From Pseudomonadota bacterium (GTDB lineage Bacteria > Pseudomonadota > Alphaproteobacteria > Rhizobiales > Hyphomicrobiaceae): a stretch of DNA of 64,000 nucleotides. The stretch covers positions 45,799 to 109,798 of the forward strand of contig JAFECH010000345.1 of assembly GCA_018242255.1 (NCBI GenBank), given 5' to 3'. Below, piece after piece: positions 59,249 to 64,000 of the stretch. The position numbers and the translations under genes were made by a program. Each line of letters starts with the position of its first letter. Position 1 is the first letter of the stretch. The notes beneath the pieces are model-generated. The model was not told the origin of the DNA and made no database searches. It worked only from the letters and a program-made list of their open reading frames with translations.

Positions 59249-60133
59249 TCATGGGGACGAAACAGCGCTGAAAGTAGATTGCGACGAATCCACGGGGCTG
59301 ACGCTGTCGCTCGCCGGGAATGCCAAGACGACATCGGTTCCCGACCCCTTCTTCGATCTGATCTCAATGACGCCGCCGTGCAGCTCGACGAGAGCCTTGG
59401 CGATCGGAAGACCCAGGCCAATGCCTTCGCGCCAGCGCGACCGGCCGCCATCGACCTGACCGAACGGCGTCATCGCAATATCGATTTCTTCGGCCGTCAT
59501 GCCAAGTCCGCTGTCGCGAATGGCGATGATCGTGCCACCGCTGACGCTACGATGGGCGATCACCTCGATGATGCCCGTCGCCTGGGTGAACTTCAGCGCG
59601 TTCGCAATGATATTCATGAAGATCTGGCGCAGCTTCGTCGCGTCGCCGCGAATGGTCGGCAAATCGGCGGCAATATCAGGCCGCAGATCGACATGCGCCT
59701 CGCTTGCCATCATTTGATAAGACTTGACGCAGTCCGCGAGAATGTTCCCGACGTTGATCTGCTGCGCGTCGAGCGTGTACTTGCCGCTCTGAATTTTCGA
59801 GATGTCGAGAATATCGTTGATGACCGAGAGCAAGTGCTCGGCCGCGTCGTGAATGAGATTGGCGTAGTCGACGATGTCTTTGTCGGCGAGCTTGCGCTCA
59901 TCGTGCTGCGAGAGCAGTTTAGAAAAGCCGATGACCGTATTGAGCGGCGTTCTGAGCTCGTGGCTCATGTTCGCGATGAATTCGGATTTGATTTTGTTTG
60001 CGAGTTCGGCCTGGATGCGCGCCGATTGCTCGGCGGTGCGAGCACGGTGACGCAAAACCGCGTCACTCAAGAGCGATGCGTACTCGTCCATCAACGAGTT
60101 GGATTTGACCTGTCCAACCGACCCAAACATCAT
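59249..60133 (-). CDS. Soluble sensor-less histidine kinase, PleC/DivJ-like HisKA-HATPase
   Basis: FIANMSHELRTPLNTVIGFS, INDILDISKI, N box NIIANALKFT, DSGLG, PFGQV, GIGLGLPIAK. Only about 45 residues precede the DHp domain; no TM segment. Confidence 0.92.
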   Translation of the reverse strand: MMFGSVGQVKSNSLMDEYASLLSDAVLRHRARTAEQSARIQAELANKIKSEFIANMSHELRTPLNTVIGFSKLLSQHDERKLADKDIVDYANLIHDAAEHLLSVINDILDISKIQSGKYTLDAQQINVGNILADCVKSYQMMASEAHVDLRPDIAADLPTIRGDATKLRQIFMNIIANALKFTQATGIIEVIAHRSVSGGTIIAIRDSGLGMTAEEIDIAMTPFGQVDGGRSRWREGIGLGLPIAKALVELHGGVIEIRSKKGSGTDVVLAFPASDSVSPVDSSQSTFSAVSSP

Positions 60134-60186
60134 CGAACGCCGCTCAACGCGATTACAATTGCTCGCCTCAACTTATCGGCGACTGC

Positions 60187-60201
60187 CTAACCCAAGGTTA
60201 A
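60187..60201. promoter_or_regulatory. Candidate CtrA box
   Basis: Minus strand TTAA-CCTTGGG-TTAG, i.e. TTAA-N7-TTAA with one mismatch, about 55 bp upstream of the kinase start. Confidence 0.55.
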
Positions 60202-60299
60202 TCACAGTCCGCCGCGCGGCTGAGCGCGAACGAATTCATAAATGTTGCGTTAAATTGCAGGCGAATTGAGCGGCCGACGGCGACAATTTCCGCGGGCGC

Positions 60300-61019
60300 T
60301 CACCGCATGATGAATTTGAACGGCTGCGTGAAGGCGAGCGGCTTGACGCTGACGTCCGGCGGGATGGGTGGGAACGGTGCGGCCCGATCGAGCGCGTCGG
60401 TCGCCGCATCGTCGAGCTGCTTGACGCCCGAGCTTGTCGCGATCTCCCTCGACAGGATGTGGCCGTCGACGCCGATTGTGTAGCGGAGCACCACCGTCCC
60501 GGATGCCGGAACGCGCGGATTGCGCTTTGCCTTTTGAACCCGGTCGTTGATCTGGCTCATGTAGCGGCCGAATGCCTTGGCGTTGCCGCCGGACGCTTGC
60601 CCCGCGCTACGCACTTCGAGAACGGCGATCTGAGCAGGCTGCGTGATGGTCTGCACTACCTCCGGCGGCGGAGGCGGCGTATCGGGTGGCGGCGGCGGTT
60701 CCTCGGCCTTGACGACTTGCTGCTCGACCGTGCCCTCGGCCGACGAGATGACGTCGTGCAACTCGTCCGGCTTCTTTTCTTCCGGCGGCGGTGGAGGGGC
60801 AGCCTGCATAGCAGCGATTTCGGGGACTTCGCGCGTCTCCGAAGAATCGCCCTTCGTAACGCCTTCGTTCGACTCGGCGCCCTGGACCAGCATCACGTCC
60901 ATGCCCTTGCCCATGTCCATGGCAGGCGAACTGGTGTCCAGCAGATGTGGGAGCATCGCGTAGCCGACTGCCCCGTGAATGATCAGGGCAAAAAGTATGG
61001 CGGCAATTCGCAAGGACAT
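60300..61019 (-). CDS. tonB: Energy transducer TonB family protein
   Basis: N-terminal TM with HG, Pro-rich linker, C-terminal domain (GTVVLRYTI...SSG...LDDAATDALDRAAPFPPIP). Confidence 0.88.
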   Translation of the reverse strand: MSLRIAAILFALIIHGAVGYAMLPHLLDTSSPAMDMGKGMDVMLVQGAESNEGVTKGDSSETREVPEIAAMQAAPPPPPEEKKPDELHDVISSAEGTVEQQVVKAEEPPPPPDTPPPPPEVVQTITQPAQIAVLEVRSAGQASGGNAKAFGRYMSQINDRVQKAKRNPRVPASGTVVLRYTIGVDGHILSREIATSSGVKQLDDAATDALDRAAPFPPIPPDVSVKPLAFTQPFKFIMR

Positions 61020-61037
61020 CCCGGGCGGCTCTCGTCG

Positions 61038-61520
61038 TCAGTTGTTGGCCGTCGCCCCCGATGGGGCGGCACCGGATGCGGCGGTCGACGATGGCGCCGG
61101 CTGAGACAGCAGCGACACTCGGGCGTAGCCAGAATCGCCGACGCGTCCCAAAAGCTCCATCACATCGCCATAAGGAATTTTCCGGTCTGCGCGAACGTAG
61201 ACGACGGCGTCGCCTTCCTGCGCCTTGATCTGCTCAAGCCGGGGAACGAGCGTATCGCGCGTCACCTCTTCGTCACGAATATAGAGTTTGCCATCCGGCG
61301 CCAGCGAAACGACCATCGGCTTTTTTTGTGAACCGATCTTGGAAGCGGTCGTCTTCGGCAGTTCGAGTGGCACGCCTTGAACCATCAGCGGTGCAGCGAC
61401 CATGAAGATGATCAGCAGCACGAGCATGACGTCGACGAACGGCGTGACGTTGATTTCGGCGAGAGGCTTATAGCCTCCGTCGTCATCACCGCCCGACCCA
61501 TTGCCAACAGCCATTCCCAT
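61038..61520 (-). CDS. exbD: ExbD/TolR family protein
   Basis: EINVTPFVDVMLVLLIIFMVAAP, VRADRKIPYGDVM. Confidence 0.92.
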   Translation of the reverse strand: MGMAVGNGSGGDDDGGYKPLAEINVTPFVDVMLVLLIIFMVAAPLMVQGVPLELPKTTASKIGSQKKPMVVSLAPDGKLYIRDEEVTRDTLVPRLEQIKAQEGDAVVYVRADRKIPYGDVMELLGRVGDSGYARVSLLSQPAPSSTAASGAAPSGATANN

Positions 61521-62203
61521 TAGTTTGCACCCTCGAGGCCGCGCCGCGACATGATCCGCGCGATGCCGACGATCGCTGGCATGACCCGGTCGGACGCACG
61601 TCCCAGTGCGACTGTGATCTGGTTATAGAAAATGACTGCGGGAATGGCGGCAGCAAGGCCGACAGCGGTAGCAAACAGCGCTTCGGCGATGCCCGGTGCA
61701 ACGACCGCGAGGCTCGTGTCCTTCTGCTGCGCGATCGCCGTGAATGAATTCATGATGCCCCAGACGGTGCCGAAGAGACCGATGAAGGGCGCGGCGGAGC
61801 CAATCGTCGCCAGGAACGGCAGCCCTTGTTCGATGCTCTTGAGTTTGCGTTTGACGGCCGCGCGCATGGCGACTTCGAGCCGGTCGCGCACTTCGCCGGT
61901 CGAAGCGTCGTTGCCCGCTTCGCTCCATTCCGTGCGTGCGGCCTCGCCGACGGCGCCGATCAGGCTGGAAGACCGTGCTTCCGGCAAGTTGGCGGAGACA
62001 CTGCTCTTTTCGAGCTTGCCGATCTCGCGGTTGATCATCCACACGCGAATGAGCTTTTCGAACGCCATGGCCCAGCAGATGACCGAGGCAGCGAGCAGGC
62101 CCAAGATGATGCATTTCACGACGATGTCGGCGTGATGGAAGAGCCCCATGATCGAAAGATCTTTGGCGGCGATTTCCGCGGACATCACAAATAAGGGGTT
62201 CAT
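61520..62203 (-). CDS. exbB: ExbB/TolQ family proton channel
   Basis: LATIGSAAPFIGLFGTVWGIMNSF, VAPGIAEALFATAVGLAAAIPAV. Confidence 0.93.
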   Translation of the reverse strand: MNPLFVMSAEIAAKDLSIMGLFHHADIVVKCIILGLLAASVICWAMAFEKLIRVWMINREIGKLEKSSVSANLPEARSSSLIGAVGEAARTEWSEAGNDASTGEVRDRLEVAMRAAVKRKLKSIEQGLPFLATIGSAAPFIGLFGTVWGIMNSFTAIAQQKDTSLAVVAPGIAEALFATAVGLAAAIPAVIFYNQITVALGRASDRVMPAIVGIARIMSRRGLEGAN

Positions 62204-62207
62204 CGCG

Positions 62208-62696
62208 TCACTTTGAAAGTTGAACTTTTGTCAGAGAGGTCGTCTTGAGCTGATCGAGGCAACCGGGAACCGGTCCCGAGTCGGCCTTGCACTCCATGAC
62301 GTCGTTGATCAGAAACGATCCGATCTTGTCGCACTGGATACCGTCGATCTCGAACAGCTTGACGGATTTCTTTTTCGCCTTGAGCGGCGCCAGATCGATC
62401 GAAAAGCGCTTGCCGATCACACCGTCCGTCTGAAACAGCACAAGGTCGATCTTGTACGACTTGTACGTTGTCTCAGCGGGGTTATCGACGACGATATAGG
62501 CACGACAGCCTTTTGAAGAAGCTTCGAGCTTGTTCAATTCTACGTGGACACCGGCGCTGGGCGCTGGGGCCGTTTCTTCCGCATGCGCGGCCGACGCAGG
62601 CGCCGCATCCGGATCGGCATTTGCAAGTGTCGCCCACAGGCATGCGGGAAGAACAAGCAGACAGGAAAGCGAGAAACGCTTCTGGGTTCTGTTCAC
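62208..62696 (-). CDS. Uncharacterised secreted Cys-containing protein heading the exbB-exbD-tonB operon
   Basis: GTG start at 62696 with GGAAA RBS, signal peptide ending ANA; VELNKLE...CRAYIVVDN...DLVLFQTDGVI...KLFEI; four Cys in the mature part. Confidence 0.75.
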   Translation of the reverse strand: MNRTQKRFSLSCLLVLPACLWATLANADPDAAPASAAHAEETAPAPSAGVHVELNKLEASSKGCRAYIVVDNPAETTYKSYKIDLVLFQTDGVIGKRFSIDLAPLKAKKKSVKLFEIDGIQCDKIGSFLINDVMECKADSGPVPGCLDQLKTTSLTKVQLSK

Positions 62697-62816
62697 GCTA
62701 AGGTTTCCATTGCGTTTGAATTGAAATTCCCCAAACGCGTGTAGCCACTTTGGCCCTTTGTTGCCAGTGTGAAATTCGTAAGAATATGCAGTTCTATCGC
62801 TACGATGAGGTTTTGA

Positions 62817-62833
62817 TTTAGAACAATTTTCAC
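62817..62833. promoter_or_regulatory. Possible Irr box (iron control element)
   Basis: TTTAGAACAATTTTCAC matches 14 of 17 positions of TTTRGAAYNRTTCYAAA, upstream of a TonB operon. Confidence 0.4.
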
Positions 62834-63025
62834 ACGAGGTTAGGGCCAAAGCTCAGCACACTTTTTGTCGTCGCGGCGCACCAAGAAATATTCCCGAAAC
62901 GCGCCAGGAAAAGCTCCCATCGGAGATTATCGGGATGGGACGTCTGCAACGTCCGGTCGCGCTGGCAGTCGGATATTTGAAAGTAAGCATAGTCGACGGC
63001 GCATCGGCAGCGACGCCATCCGACC

Positions 63026-64000
63026 TCAAGCAGCCCGGTCGACAGCGGGCAGGCGAGCCGCGCGCAGGATCTCGTCGAACATGGCAGCGAAGCTCATGAA
63101 ACCAGCATCGCGATCATCCGAAATATCGGCGAGCACCGCCCCCGCGATCTTGCGCTGGTTCGCTTCGAGGAGTGCCACGGCCTTCTTCGCAAGCGCGCGC
63201 GGCGTCCGGTGCCAAGCCGTCAAGAATACGATTTGATCGGCAAGATCCGCCAGAATTTGCGCGTCATCCGCTTCGAGCAGCGGTGGCGCCGAGATGACGA
63301 TCGTCGGGAAGCGCGCCTTCAGGTGCTGAAACGCGGCTGTGAATGCTACCGAGCGCAGCGCCGCCGGCATCGCGAGCGGAATGGGCGCCGAACCGCACGA
63401 CGGCAGGAAATGCAAACCTGTCAGGCTGTCGCGCAGAATGACGTTCTCGACCGGCGCATGCGATGCGATCTGATCGAGCAGCCCTGGTGGAGCGTGCGGG
63501 GTCAGCTCGCGGCTGAGAAATTTGGCGTGAAAATCGCAGTCGACCAGCAGCGTTTTCTGTCCGTCGACCGCTAGATGATGCGCGATGTTCGATGCAAACG
63601 GTTCGGCGCCTTCACCGGACAGCGCCGATACGGTCAGGATAACGCGCGGACCCTCGCCGCTGGCCCGCGCCTTGAGCGCTTCGCACGCAGCGCGTACCGC
63701 TTCGGCATAACGGCATCCGGGCTCCGCAATGATCAATCGCGCCCGCCGCATCGAATGCGTTGCCTCATCGTCGTGCGCCACCGCGGGGAGCGATGTCATA
63801 TGCGGACAGGCAAGCATCTGCTCGACTTTACGCGTCCGCAGCCGCGTGTCGCGTTCGAGCAGAACGGCTAGCGCCAACATAAGAAAAAGCGTCGAAATTG
63901 CTACGGTTAAGGCGATGCGGAAGCGTTTTGGTCCCGTCGGCAGCTCCGGTATTTTGGCAGCCTCTACGATGCGCGAGCCGGTCAGATTCCGAGTGAGTCC
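63026..64000 (-). CDS. 3' part of a Wzc/GumC-like polysaccharide co-polymerase with a degenerate tyrosine-kinase domain (runs off the window)
   Basis: The frame is open to 64000: SRIVEAAKIPELPTGPKR, then a TM segment, then a BY-kinase-like domain (LLVDCD, GLHFLP). Confidence 0.85.
   Translation of the reverse strand, partial: GLTRNLTGSRIVEAAKIPELPTGPKRFRIALTVAISTLFLMLALAVLLERDTRLRTRKVEQMLACPHMTSLPAVAHDDEATHSMRRARLIIAEPGCRYAEAVRAACEALKARASGEGPRVILTVSALSGEGAEPFASNIAHHLAVDGQKTLLVDCDFHAKFLSRELTPHAPPGLLDQIASHAPVENVILRDSLTGLHFLPSCGSAPIPLAMPAALRSVAFTAAFQHLKARFPTIVISAPPLLEADDAQILADLADQIVFLTAWHRTPRALAKKAVALLEANQRKIAGAVLADISDDRDAGFMSFAAMFDEILRAARLPAVDRAA

Overview
64 kb of a GC-rich alphaproteobacterial chromosome. 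A permuted two-piece tmRNA, alpha-type LexA and CtrA boxes, SspB-alpha and DUF4169/RHH genes point to Hyphomicrobiales, possibly Hyphomicrobium-like (inference). The left half (about 1-32,000) looks accessory: GT2, a GGDEF-EAL protein, an SOS mutagenesis cassette (imuA-imuB-dnaE2) with a LexA box, a TetR-controlled operon (ABC importer, GlnT-type glutamine-synthetase-like ligase, creatininase-family hydrolase, signal-less PotD-fold protein, outer-membrane barrel), a CusBA copper/silver efflux locus, small regulator modules, and the remnant of an integrative element (ardA fused to a serine-recombinase fragment) abutting tRNA-Arg(CCG). The right half is mostly backbone: polA, phaZ, infA, csp, fumC, sspB, ssrA, thyA, folA, hflKC, degP, psd, pssA, manC, a HerA-like ATPase with a histidine kinase, exbBD-tonB and a truncated wzc-like gene. 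Most notable observations: (1) a stand-alone cytochrome P450-fold protein with a twin-arginine export signal, a non-canonical I-helix and no adjacent redox partner; (2) the GlnT/creatininase/SBP operon, a candidate gamma-glutamylation pathway for an unknown amine or amide; (3) a 103-nt, highly structured intervening segment in the permuted tmRNA gene. All family assignments are from motif recognition by eye; no searches were run.
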